Virus record (IMG/VR): IMGVR_UViG_3300037423_001455
Coordinates: 1 to 46,090 of that record
Length of the DNA: 46,090 nt
Source of the DNA: a virus
Taxonomy: Duplodnaviria > Caudoviricetes
Direction: 5' to 3' (one strand)
In this document: positions 1 to 7,948 of the stretch, piece by piece
Position numbering within the stretch: the stretch's first letter is position 1
Layout: the number at the start of each line of letters is the position of its first letter
Program-made: the position numbers and the translations under genes
Notes under the pieces: model-generated
Database searches by the model: none
Seen by the model: the letters and a program-made list of their open reading frames with translations, nothing else
Told to the model about the DNA's origin: nothing

Positions 1-160
1 GCTTCAGGATCCTCTGTCGCAGCCCCTCGCCAATCTCATGGCTCGGGTGGCGGGGCAGCGTGGTCTGCTTTCCGTTCAGGTAGACCTTCAAGTGCTTGGT
101 GCCCTCCTCGAATGTCGCCCCTTGGGTAGCGAGCCATCGCCTGAACTCGCTTTGCTTCAT
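1..160 (-). CDS. hicA: HicA-family toxin, 3' end cut by window edge (allele 1)
   Basis: MKQSEFRRWLATQGATFEEGTKHLKVYLNGKQTTLPRHP...; near-identical to 45674-45850. Confidence 0.85.
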   Translation of the reverse strand, partial: MKQSEFRRWLATQGATFEEGTKHLKVYLNGKQTTLPRHPSHEIGEGLRQRILK

Positions 161-224
161 CGTCCTCCTCAGGTGTTGAACATGGGAGAATGATAAACAA
201 AAATGTGGAATGAGAGAGGATGTA

Positions 225-246
225 GATTCAACAATTTTGTTGAATC
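225..246. promoter_or_regulatory. Near-perfect palindrome upstream of hicA, likely HicB operator
   Basis: GATTCAACAATTTTGTTGAATC; related degenerate site ATAAACAAAAATGTGGAAT at ~193-211. Confidence 0.6.
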
Positions 247-355
247 CGACGAGCGGCAGAGTGGCCGCAGTGACGCGGGCGTCGATAGCTGCCGCACTTG
301 ATCTGCGCCCTGCAGCGTGTATGGTGATCCGTCAGCGCAGCGACGAGGAGCGGAA

Positions 356-490
356 ATGGACTACTCGGATTACCTGATCGCCAAGCTGATCTTGATTGCT
401 GTCGGCGCCGCGATCTACGGAGCTTGGCGCGGCTGGAACGGCCTGCCGCTGGAGCGCCAGCCTGACGAGGACGACCAGCGCCGGCCCTAG
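356..490 (+). CDS. 44-aa single-TM membrane protein
   Basis: GAGGAG RBS; MDYSDYLIAKLILIAVGAAIYGAWRGW...; start conserved in repeat copy 2 (46045). Confidence 0.6.
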   Translation: MDYSDYLIAKLILIAVGAAIYGAWRGWNGLPLERQPDEDDQRRP

Positions 491-682
491 CGGCTCACCG
501 CGGGGGCTGGAGCCGAGCGCGCAGCACCTGCCGGGCCCGCCAGAGCAGGCGCTCGCGCGAGGGTTTCAGGCGCAAGCGCAGGGCGATCCAGCAGAAGCGG
601 CAAGACATGGTGCATGCTGCAGTGGGTGGCCACGTGCGTTCACTGTTGGGCGTCACATCCGCGGCGCGACATCCTGCCACTG

Positions 683-889
683 TCAGTCCCGCTTGTTCAC
701 CGTCATCGGGGCGCCGCAGATGGTGCACACGTAGACCGGGTTACCGTGCACATCTTTCCCCGTTTCTCGCATGCCGGTTACCTCCACGGTCTCCCACGGC
801 TTCGAGTAGGGCTGGTCGTTTTCGCTGGTGCGCTCGACGCCCTCGTGCCCTACCGGGCAGCTGAAGTAGCGGTAGGTGCGCATGGTCAT
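683..889 (-). CDS. Small putative Zn-ribbon protein
   Basis: GAGG RBS; CPVGH...CTICG metal-ligand pattern. Confidence 0.65.
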   Translation of the reverse strand: MTMRTYRYFSCPVGHEGVERTSENDQPYSKPWETVEVTGMRETGKDVHGNPVYVCTICGAPMTVNKRD

Positions 890-912
890 GGCTGGTCCTC
901 GGTTCGCAGTGT

Positions 913-1530
913 TCACTTCCGCCAGGTTCGTCCTTCTTGCCACCCCGGCCTTTTGATCTTCAGCCAGTCGCGCGAGCGCACGCCGGGCGTGTAGATGCTG
1001 TCGCGGCGCTTCGCAACGAACCCCTCCAGCTTCGCCCCGATCACCGCCTGGTCGAAGAAGGCCGCCTCGGCCGGCAGCTCGCCGACGATCACCAGCAAGC
1101 CCTTCAGCGGCGCCAGCAGCTGCTGCTGCATCGCCTTGCGCTCCAGGAGCGGCCGCGCCATTACGCTGCGCCCGTCCAGGTACAGCAGGTCGAACGCGCA
1201 GAAGGTGACGGGATCGCAGCCGGCGTACCATCGCCGCCGGCGCGCCCGCTGCTGCAGGCACTCGAAGTCGGAGCGGCCGATGTCGTCCAGCACGCACGCC
1301 TCGCCGTCGATCACGTGCGGCCCGCCCGGCAGCTTCTCCAGCAGCATGGCCACCTCGGGGAACCACCTCGTGCAGTCCACGCCGCTCTTCGTGCGGAGCT
1401 CCACCGGCTGGCCGCCGCCGGCGCGGGCCAGACAACGGTAGCCGTCGTACTTGATCTCGAAGACCCAGTCCGGGTCGGTGAAAGGCTTCCCGCCTTCGGT
1501 GGCGAGCATAGGGGCAGGGATGGCAAGCAC
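913..1530 (-). CDS. ATP-dependent DNA ligase, adenylation domain only (LigC/LigD-like)
   Basis: Motifs I (EIKYDGYR), III (IDGEA), IIIa (AFDLL), IV (EGFVAK), V (WLKIK); ends shortly after motif V; start may be ATG 1509. Confidence 0.9.
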   Translation of the reverse strand: MLAIPAPMLATEGGKPFTDPDWVFEIKYDGYRCLARAGGGQPVELRTKSGVDCTRWFPEVAMLLEKLPGGPHVIDGEACVLDDIGRSDFECLQQRARRRRWYAGCDPVTFCAFDLLYLDGRSVMARPLLERKAMQQQLLAPLKGLLVIVGELPAEAAFFDQAVIGAKLEGFVAKRRDSIYTPGVRSRDWLKIKRPGWQEGRTWRK

Positions 1531-1536
1531 GCGAAA

Positions 1537-1737
1537 CTAGCTCTTCGTGTGGAACGCGGCGCGAAACAGCGTTTCGGCGCGCTCCCGAAGTACGGCTATT
1601 TCAAGGTGCGCCCGGTCCATGTGGCGGTCCGATACCGCTCCCCTGGCTAGCAAGATCGCTAGCTGCGCTATCTCGCGCTCCTTCTGCAGAAGCTCCGAGT
1701 GAACCTTCTGCCATTCTGCAAGCGCCTCTTTGTTCAC
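1537..1737 (-). CDS. Hypothetical helical protein
   Basis: 66-aa ORF directly upstream of and co-oriented with the ligase. Confidence 0.55.
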   Translation of the reverse strand: MNKEALAEWQKVHSELLQKEREIAQLAILLARGAVSDRHMDRAHLEIAVLRERAETLFRAAFHTKS

Positions 1738-2095
1738 GGGGAGCGTCGGGGAGGTTGGTGGGCGGAAAGGTACCTTACTGTACCGTTGGGGGCATTGAAT
1801 CTACGGCGGGCATAGCCAGCCGTCTGGCGCGGTCAGAAAAGAAGAGCGGCCGCACAGGCGCCCGCGTGAAGATCCCGGTCAGTAGAGGAAAGGCTTGGCA
1901 GACTCCGGGATGGGGTGAATCATGCCGAGTCGGCCGGATTCGCGACAGGAACCGTGGGGCCAACTTCCACGGAACTCTAGCCAGGGCCTCCAAGCACTTT
2001 CGTGCCGGCCGATCAGCGACCCGCTCCAAGTAGGCAGGCGGTCAGCTACCCTTCGCTACGATGCGCGCCGCTGATCAACTCATCACTGGGGAATC

Positions 2096-2305
2096 ATGGT
2101 GCACCTGAAGCGTTGCAAGTGCCCCGCCGCCGAACTGAAGCGGGAGCGGCGCTCTGGCTGGATGAAATTGCTCTTCCCTTCTCGCGGGCTCTACTCGTGT
2201 TACCACTGCGGGAAGCGCATGCTATTGCCCCTGCCGCACACGCTGGCCGAGAGCCTGACGGACGAAAAAGAGACGGCCGCGCGGGGGCGGCCGGGAACGC
2301 AGTGA
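2096..2305 (+). CDS. Small Cys-rich (Zn-ribbon-like) protein
   Basis: GGGGA RBS; CKC...CYHCG. Confidence 0.6.
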   Translation: MVHLKRCKCPAAELKRERRSGWMKLLFPSRGLYSCYHCGKRMLLPLPHTLAESLTDEKETAARGRPGTQ

Positions 2306-2419
2306 CGCGTGTGACAGCAAACCCGCCATGCCGTGGCGGGAGGACAAACCATATCCGATTCACTGAAAGCAGTGGCGCGTCGCTACTCGGGGGAATCCCG
2401 GGAGTCGCCGGACTGAAGC

Positions 2420-2446
2420 AAAACGGCCGCCGGGGCGGCGCGGCCG
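2420..2446 (-). terminator. Probable intrinsic terminator (minus strand)
   Basis: CGGCCGC/GCGGCCG stem followed by TTTTG on the minus strand. Confidence 0.45.
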
Positions 2447-2502
2447 GAGGGTAAGCCCGTCAGGGAGGGTTTCCGGGCTCCCGCGGTGCAGCCCGCGGCG
2501 GT

Positions 2503-2667
2503 CTAACTCCGCGTCTCGGGGATCTCGCGCCATTCGGGCTCGCCCACTGGCCGCAGCGCGCCCAGCGCCGCCGCTTCCTCCGGATTCATCCGCCAGTTGC
2601 TCACGTGCGGCGACTTCTTGCCGGGTCGGGCCGGCAGCAAGTAAAGCGAGTAGGGGACGCGGCGCAC
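2503..2667 (-). CDS. Hypothetical small protein
   Basis: VRRVPYSLYLLPARPGKKSPHVSNWRMNPEEAAALGA...; start uncertain. Confidence 0.45.
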   Translation of the reverse strand: MRRVPYSLYLLPARPGKKSPHVSNWRMNPEEAAALGALRPVGEPEWREIPETRS

Positions 2668-2719
2668 GGTTGCTGAAGCATACGTGCGCGGCCGCTGGCC
2701 GCACAAGTGCCCCGAAACC

Positions 2720-2969
2720 TGTTCCGCAAAGCGCAAATCGGGCGCTTTTTCGCCTCTGAGTAAAATGGCCTGATCCGCTTGAATTGCGGAACAATTTTCC
2801 GTCCAACTAGTTGTTTTTCCTCACCTTCTCGCTGGACTTAAAATCCGCCGCTTCTTAGCCGGAGCGTCCCGGTTCGATCCCGGGTCGAGGCACCAACGCT
2901 CAATTTCTCGCTACTGAATTCGGAGCGCGCCGAGCGGTTGTTCCGCAATTCGGCTTGGTTGTTCCGCAA
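2720..2969. mobile_element. attP-like site: tRNA-derived core with integrase arm-type repeats
   Basis: TGTTCCGCAA at 2720-2729, 2784-2793 (inverted), 2939-2948 and 2960-2969, flanking the tRNA fragment; integrase nearby. Confidence 0.85.
2834..2895 (+). pseudogene. 3' half of tRNA-Leu(TAA) (att core)
   Basis: GGA-CTTAAAA-TCC anticodon arm, long variable arm, CCCGG-TTCGATC-CCGGG T arm, ends ACCA; no D arm or 5' acceptor strand. Confidence 0.9.
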
Positions 2970-2992
2970 AGCAAGATGGCTGAGGAGGCCCG

Positions 2993-4189
2993 ATGCTGCT
3001 GCAGTCCCTGGACCGTATCGATGGGGCCCTGCTAGAAAAGCTCTGTCTCGACCGCTGCCCTGAATCGCAGACGCTGGAATTCAAGCGCGATCTGCCCGGC
3101 AGCATGGACAAGGATAAGCACGAGCTGTGCAAGGACGTTGCCGGGCTGGCCAACTCAGACGGGGGTGACCTGATTTACGGGATCGACGAGAAGGGTGGCG
3201 CCGCGGGCGCAATTTGCCCGGCCACAGGCGAGCCAGCTGACGCCGCCATCCGTCGACTCGGGCAAGTGCTGGACGCCGGCATCGAGCCACGGGTGCAGGG
3301 ACTAAGGCTCCGAGCTGTTGACGTACCGGGCGGCTACGCACTTGTCGTGCGCGTGCCTGGTTCCTTCGATGGGCCACACTGCGTCAGGGCGAACAACAAC
3401 CGCAGGTTTGTGATCAGGAATGGGACGGGAGTGGTCGATATGTCCTTCGATCAGATTCGTGGTGCGTTCGGTCGCACGGCTTCCCTGGCCGAAAAGGCGA
3501 GTGCCTTCATCGCAGAACGGCGCGACCGGATCGCGGTCGGCCATACGCCTGTCGCACTCCTGCCCGGGCCACAGCTCGCGCTGCACCTTGTGCCAATGGC
3601 GGGACAGGCGGGGCGGCGCTCCGTAGATGTCCGGGCGGTCCACTCCACCGGCTTCACCTCGTTCGTGGGTCAGGACTGGGGCGGAGCCAGCTCTGGCCTG
3701 AACCTCGATGGTGTGTACGTGTACCCGGGGGGCGCTCACAGCGACGGCCATTATGGGTACAACCAGATCTTCAGGACGGGCGCCCTGGAGGGGGTGACGC
3801 TGATCGGGGGCGAGGTGGAGCTATCGCCAGGAAAAAAGGAACTGGCGGTCTTCGCGCTGGAGATGTCGCGGTTCGTGCACCGATGGACAACGCGATTCCT
3901 TGCTTCCGCGAACGATTGGGGGTTTGCGGGGCCCGCCTTGCTGGGAATCGCAGTTCTGAACGTCCAAGGCTATAGCCTCGGAATTGGCGCGATGTTCGAT
4001 CCGTTCAGCCGAGCGGCGGCCGATCGGCCGCACTTGGCTCCCCCAGACGCTTGGATTGAGGACGTCGAAGTGGCAAAGGTCGACGACCTTATCCGACCGC
4101 TTCTTGACACCCTCTGGCAGGGGTTCGGCGAGGACCGCTGCCTGGACTTCGACGAAGCTTCGGGCGCATACAAGCCGCGGCGCCGTTAG
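2993..4189 (+). CDS. Schlafen/AlbA_2-domain protein with uncharacterised C-terminal domain
   Basis: GAGGAGG RBS; ESQTLEFKRD and ELCKDVAGLANSDGGDLIYGIDE match the AlbA_2 signature. Confidence 0.88.
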   Translation: MLLQSLDRIDGALLEKLCLDRCPESQTLEFKRDLPGSMDKDKHELCKDVAGLANSDGGDLIYGIDEKGGAAGAICPATGEPADAAIRRLGQVLDAGIEPRVQGLRLRAVDVPGGYALVVRVPGSFDGPHCVRANNNRRFVIRNGTGVVDMSFDQIRGAFGRTASLAEKASAFIAERRDRIAVGHTPVALLPGPQLALHLVPMAGQAGRRSVDVRAVHSTGFTSFVGQDWGGASSGLNLDGVYVYPGGAHSDGHYGYNQIFRTGALEGVTLIGGEVELSPGKKELAVFALEMSRFVHRWTTRFLASANDWGFAGPALLGIAVLNVQGYSLGIGAMFDPFSRAAADRPHLAPPDAWIEDVEVAKVDDLIRPLLDTLWQGFGEDRCLDFDEASGAYKPRRR

Positions 4190-4197
4190 TGCGCTAG

Positions 4198-5361
4198 CTA
4201 CTTCAACGGCCGCACCTTCTTGCCCACCTTGTTGCGGATATAGCGCACCGTCATTGCCTCGGTCGTATGCCCCAGCATCGCCTGCGCGGCGCGCGTTCCT
4301 TCGGCTTCGTCGAGCTCCGTGGCCACCTTGGCGCGGAAGTCTCGGAACTGGAATAGATCCTTTCCGACGCCGGCTCGCTCGCGTGCGTCATCGAACCGGC
4401 CGCGCAGCATGGAGCGCGTAAGCGCCTGCCCGTCCTCGTTGACCAGCAACGCCATCGTGTGCAGCACCGGCTTACCGCCGGCGGCGTGGCGCTGGGCGAG
4501 CTCCCGCTTGAAGGCGCGGATCTCGGTGATTAGATCCGCCAGTGCGCCCTCAATCACGATTCGCAGCTTCATGCGGGTCTTCCCCTGCTGCACCTTTAGG
4601 ATGCCGCCGGGCACCTGGCCCTGGATGTGGGTTTCGCTCACGCGCAGCACGTCCGCTGGGCGCTGGCCGACGATCCCCGCAAGCCGCATTGCGAATTCCA
4701 GCGGCTTATCCGCTTCCGCCTGCACGCGCGCCACCAGCTCGGCGTCCGGTAGCGCGTCGCGGCCTTCCTCTTCGTAGCCCTTCACGCCGGCACACGGGTT
4801 CGGAAGCTTCGTCATGCCGTGCGCCCGGGCATAGTTCCAGATGTGGGAGAAAAGGGCCTTCTCGCGGTTGGCGCGCACATGCCCGTGATCGGGCGGAATC
4901 GGCTGTTCTGGCTTCCCGTCGCGCCGGCGCTCGGCGTTCTTGGCCTCTGCCGCCTCGCGGGCCGCGCGCACGCGCCAAGACAGGTACTGAGTGATGTGCA
5001 CCGGCTCGATCTGCTCGAGCGGTGCCGGCGGGTCACCGAAGAACTGCAGCAGCCAAGCCAGCTCTTTCTCGTTGTCCTGTTGGGTGCGCGGGGCCTTCAA
5101 GGGCAGCACGTCCTTGCGGTAGCCTGCCACCTTCCCGCGGCCGTTCACGGCGTCCAAGAAGGTCACCGGGCCGGCCACAACGGGCGCTGGCTTGCTGGTG
5201 AGCTCGGCCCACTTGGCCACCGCCTCGACGTAGTTGCTGCCCAGCGGGATCTCGCGCCGCGGCCGCTCGCCAGTGTCGAGGTAGTAGTGCACCTTCTGGC
5301 CTCGCGGGCGCGCGCGCATGCCCGGCGGCAGGTTGCTCCATCGGCTGGGCTTGCGCCCCAT
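4198..5361 (-). CDS. int: Tyrosine integrase
   Basis: GQRPADV (R), FRDFRAK, LGH and TVRY (Tyr) catalytic motifs; adjacent att and xis. Confidence 0.93.
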   Translation of the reverse strand: MGRKPSRWSNLPPGMRARPRGQKVHYYLDTGERPRREIPLGSNYVEAVAKWAELTSKPAPVVAGPVTFLDAVNGRGKVAGYRKDVLPLKAPRTQQDNEKELAWLLQFFGDPPAPLEQIEPVHITQYLSWRVRAAREAAEAKNAERRRDGKPEQPIPPDHGHVRANREKALFSHIWNYARAHGMTKLPNPCAGVKGYEEEGRDALPDAELVARVQAEADKPLEFAMRLAGIVGQRPADVLRVSETHIQGQVPGGILKVQQGKTRMKLRIVIEGALADLITEIRAFKRELAQRHAAGGKPVLHTMALLVNEDGQALTRSMLRGRFDDARERAGVGKDLFQFRDFRAKVATELDEAEGTRAAQAMLGHTTEAMTVRYIRNKVGKKVRPLK

Positions 5362-5363
5362 CG

Positions 5364-5582
5364 TCACACTCCTCCGGCGATGACTCTCGGCGACCAGGCG
5401 CGGGTCTCCTGCGGGTTCTCCGCGGACTGCTGGCGGCCTTCCACGGCCGCCCAGGTCACCACCGGATGGCCGGTGGCGTTCACGTGGAATGGTATGCCCT
5501 GGGCGCGCAGCCACTCAACCTGTCGGCTCTTTTGGGCACGGCCGGTCAGGTGGCGGAGGTCGTCGTCCGAGAGAAAGCTCAT
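5364..5582 (-). CDS. xis: Excisionase-like protein (DUF4224 type)
   Basis: MSFLSDDDLRHLTGRAQKSRQVEWLRAQGIPFHVNATGHPVV; directly upstream of int. Confidence 0.8.
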   Translation of the reverse strand: MSFLSDDDLRHLTGRAQKSRQVEWLRAQGIPFHVNATGHPVVTWAAVEGRQQSAENPQETRAWSPRVIAGGV

Positions 5583-5776
5583 CCCCGACACCCCGCCACA
5601 TCCAGCCGCGCCGCCTCGACCAGCACGGCAGTGAGGATGCCCAGGAAGACGTTGAGCACGAGCACCATGATCACCGGGATCGGCTCGTGCTGACGCCAGG
5701 CGCGCAGCACCGCGGCCAGAGGCACCGCCGTCACGCAGGCGAGAACGAGCGCGGCGGTCCAGAGGGTTCGCATCAC
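5579..5776 (-). CDS. Two-TM small membrane protein
   Basis: Two hydrophobic segments; ATGA overlaps with neighbours. Confidence 0.6.
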   Translation of the reverse strand: MMRTLWTAALVLACVTAVPLAAVLRAWRQHEPIPVIMVLVLNVFLGILTAVLVEAARLDVAGCRG

Positions 5777-6408
5777 CGCTGCAGCTCCTGCAGCGCCTGG
5801 GCCCGCGCCGCATTGAGCTCCGCCATCTTCGCCGGGTCGCCGCCGCGGTCAGGATGGAAAGCGCCGGCCATGCGCCGGTACACCTCCTGCAGCTGCTCGC
5901 GCGTCTGCACGCCGGTGCCGAACACGTCCCGCCAGTGCTTCAGGCGAGCCGGCGCGCCTGGCGCCGGCGGCGCGGCCGCGGGCGGCGGGGGCAGGGCGGC
6001 GAAGCCGGTGAACGCGGCCTCCAGCATGTCGCCGGTGCCCCAGCGCGCGATGCCGCGCAGCGCCTCGATCGTCTTGGCGATCGCCTGCATGTTGTGCTCG
6101 ATCTTGTGCCAGCGGTCGCAGGCGAAGGACATAGGCCGCTTCTTGTAGAGGAAGTAGACGGCGACGCCGGGATCGTCCGGGGGGCGTTGCCCGGCCAGTG
6201 GCAGGCCGTCGCGGCGCAGGGCGACGTTCGTGCTGATGACGATCTGCGGATCGGGGCCCCAACGCCCGCCGGCGAGCAGCGTCACCTCGCGCACGATGTT
6301 GTCCCGCGCCCTGGCGAAGGTGACATCGAACTTGCCGTGCTCGCGCTTCCACCGGTCGGTGCGGGCGCGGCGCTCGGGCCAGTAGAGGGGGTACGCTTCG
6401 GCCGTCAC
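5773..6408 (-). CDS. Phage protein with C-terminal J-domain
   Basis: YRRMAGAFHPDRGGDPAKMAELNAA (HPD motif); GTG start overlaps upstream stop. Confidence 0.85.
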   Translation of the reverse strand: MTAEAYPLYWPERRARTDRWKREHGKFDVTFARARDNIVREVTLLAGGRWGPDPQIVISTNVALRRDGLPLAGQRPPDDPGVAVYFLYKKRPMSFACDRWHKIEHNMQAIAKTIEALRGIARWGTGDMLEAAFTGFAALPPPPAAAPPAPGAPARLKHWRDVFGTGVQTREQLQEVYRRMAGAFHPDRGGDPAKMAELNAARAQALQELQR

Positions 6409-6641
6409 GGCTGGGGATCTCCAGGCATTGGCGTGTAATCGCGTTTCGTGTCGCCAAGGGGCGCTCGCCGGTTCCACGAATAGGCAGCGGCCGGCCGCTC
6501 GCTGTACGCGCCCTCGACGGGGTCGGTGCGAACGCCGCAGTCGTCGCACTCCACCCAGGTTTCCACGCAGTCCTCGGCCACCTGCTGGTCGTGCATCACG
6601 GCCTTGCCGCCGCAGAACGGGCACGGTTTCAGTTCAGCCAT
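6405..6641 (-). CDS. lar: Lar-family restriction alleviation protein
   Basis: MAELKPCPFCGG...VECDDCG...WNRR. Confidence 0.8.
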   Translation of the reverse strand: MAELKPCPFCGGKAVMHDQQVAEDCVETWVECDDCGVRTDPVEGAYSERPAAAYSWNRRAPLGDTKRDYTPMPGDPQP

Positions 6642-6825
6642 TGCTGGCTCCCGGGATCGGGTCGCCCGGCTTACCGCCGTGCCAAGCCCACACGAACAGC
6701 AGCAGCCAGGTGCCGCGCTCGCGGTCCTCGCGGGAGAACTTGCGCGCGTGGAATTGCAGGTACGCCTGGAGCATCGCCATCGCGGCCAGACGCTGCCGCT
6801 TCGTTGGTTGTTTCCGGTCAGCCAC
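6634..6825 (-). CDS. Hypothetical protein
   Basis: Fills operon with overlaps at both ends. Confidence 0.5.
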   Translation of the reverse strand: MADRKQPTKRQRLAAMAMLQAYLQFHARKFSREDRERGTWLLLFVWAWHGGKPGDPIPGASNG

Positions 6826-7078
6826 GCGGCACCTCCCGCATGCCAACGGAGCGTGCAGCCAGCCATGCGCGGACCTCGCTGTACTTCTCGACGTGCCCGC
6901 ACGGGTTAGACCACGTGTGGCAGGCGAGTTGCCTGCTGCCATCCCAACTCACGCCGTCAACGGGCTCGCCGCGCGGACCGCCGCAGTGGATGCAGCGCCA
7001 CGCCAGCGTGACCGTCATGGCGGAGTAGCCGTCGTGCTGGACGCACGCTGGGATCGTCACGGTCCGTTCAGCAGCCAT
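6818..7078 (-). CDS. Hypothetical Zn-binding protein
   Basis: CIHCGGPRGEP...CHTWSNPCGH; GGAGG RBS. Confidence 0.7.
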   Translation of the reverse strand: MAAERTVTIPACVQHDGYSAMTVTLAWRCIHCGGPRGEPVDGVSWDGSRQLACHTWSNPCGHVEKYSEVRAWLAARSVGMREVPRG

Positions 7079-7541
7079 CGTTGCCTCCCATCCCATAGAC
7101 GTGTTGCAGCAGCTTCTTGCAGTCGGCTAGCACCAGATCGGGATCGGAGTTTTCGGCCGGCACGCGCATCGCGCCATTGCCGGACGTGATGCGCTGGATC
7201 GCGGCATCGATCCGCTGCACCAGTGCGGCCGGGTCGATGGGCTTGTCGCTCCAGCCTGAGCTCGGCGCCGCGCGTTCAACCGCTTCATTGAAGCAGAGCA
7301 CCTGTTCTTCCAATCCGCACCGCGCGCCATGGTGCCACAGGAAGGCGCAGTAGGCCGCCACGTCGCGCGGGTCGCCCTTGTGGACGTGCTCGATCAGCTT
7401 CGCGCGGCACTCGTCCACCCAGCAAGGATCGGCCCAGCCATCGCTGTAGCCGTACTTCTCCTGGGCGGTCGCCAGCTTCTCCTTCAGCGCCGCAGCGAAG
7501 CGATTCACCAGGTCGGCGGTGCGGGGGTGCAGTTCAGGCAT
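7068..7541 (-). CDS. Hypothetical phage protein
   Basis: 157-aa ORF with GGAGG RBS; KGDPRDVAAYCAFLWHHG motif. Confidence 0.7.
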   Translation of the reverse strand: MPELHPRTADLVNRFAAALKEKLATAQEKYGYSDGWADPCWVDECRAKLIEHVHKGDPRDVAAYCAFLWHHGARCGLEEQVLCFNEAVERAAPSSGWSDKPIDPAALVQRIDAAIQRITSGNGAMRVPAENSDPDLVLADCKKLLQHVYGMGGNDGC

Positions 7542-7923
7542 CGCCGCCTCCCACCTTTACGACCACGATTTTGCTCGGGTGCACCATCTCGGCCAGCTCC
7601 GACATCGGGTCGATCTCGTAGTGCTCGCCTGGCGGCATCGTCTCCACCTCCAACTCCGCCGGCAGCCGCGCGAGCAGGTCCTCAAGGAACGCCTGGACGT
7701 TCTCTGGTGTGACAGCGCTCGTGTCGATTCCCGCGAGCTGCGGAAACTGCTTGAGCAGGTACGGCGCGCACTCTCGGCACACGCGAGGGATCTGGTGCGT
7801 GTAGAGGTTGTCGCCAGTCATGAAGTTCAGGATCTCGTACACGCCGCTGATTCCGTTCGGCGCGAGCAAGCAACCGGTGGTGATGCTCAGGACGGTGCCG
7901 AGCGGAAAGGTCTTCGTAGTCAT
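7534..7923 (-). CDS. Hypothetical phage protein
   Basis: AAGGAG RBS; typical codon usage. Confidence 0.75.
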   Translation of the reverse strand: MTTKTFPLGTVLSITTGCLLAPNGISGVYEILNFMTGDNLYTHQIPRVCRECAPYLLKQFPQLAGIDTSAVTPENVQAFLEDLLARLPAELEVETMPPGEHYEIDPMSELAEMVHPSKIVVVKVGGGDA

Positions 7924-7948
7924 TTCAATTGCGCTCCTTGTCCACTCC

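Larger units (their letters stand above)
1..401. repeat. Imperfect direct repeat, copy 1 (copy 2 at 45691-46090)
   Basis: Direct alignment by eye: 1-126 and 275-401 identical; about 15 substitutions and 1 indel between 127 and 274. Confidence 0.97.

Noticed and set aside
1740-2095. Coding or ncRNA feature in the spacer between divergent small ORFs
   Set aside because: Only one modest hairpin (CCGTGG/CCACGG) and unconvincing ORFs; not enough support
2315-2360. c-di-GMP-I riboswitch resemblance (GCAAACC...stem...ACAAACC)
   Set aside because: Lacks the GNRA loop and receptor, and no downstream co-oriented gene
2752-2895. Complete or split tRNA-Leu using GCCTCTGAGTAAAATGG as the 5' half
   Set aside because: No proper D arm or spacing, and arm repeats intervene; only the 3' half is supported
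3207-3220. Third copy of the late-promoter motif (GCAATTTGCCC)
   Set aside because: Partial match inside a coding region with no -10 at the conserved offset
4300-4360. Inactive integrase because HxxR reads RDFR
   Set aside because: Other catalytic residues are intact, and as I recall this substitution is common in integrases paired with DUF4224 excisionases
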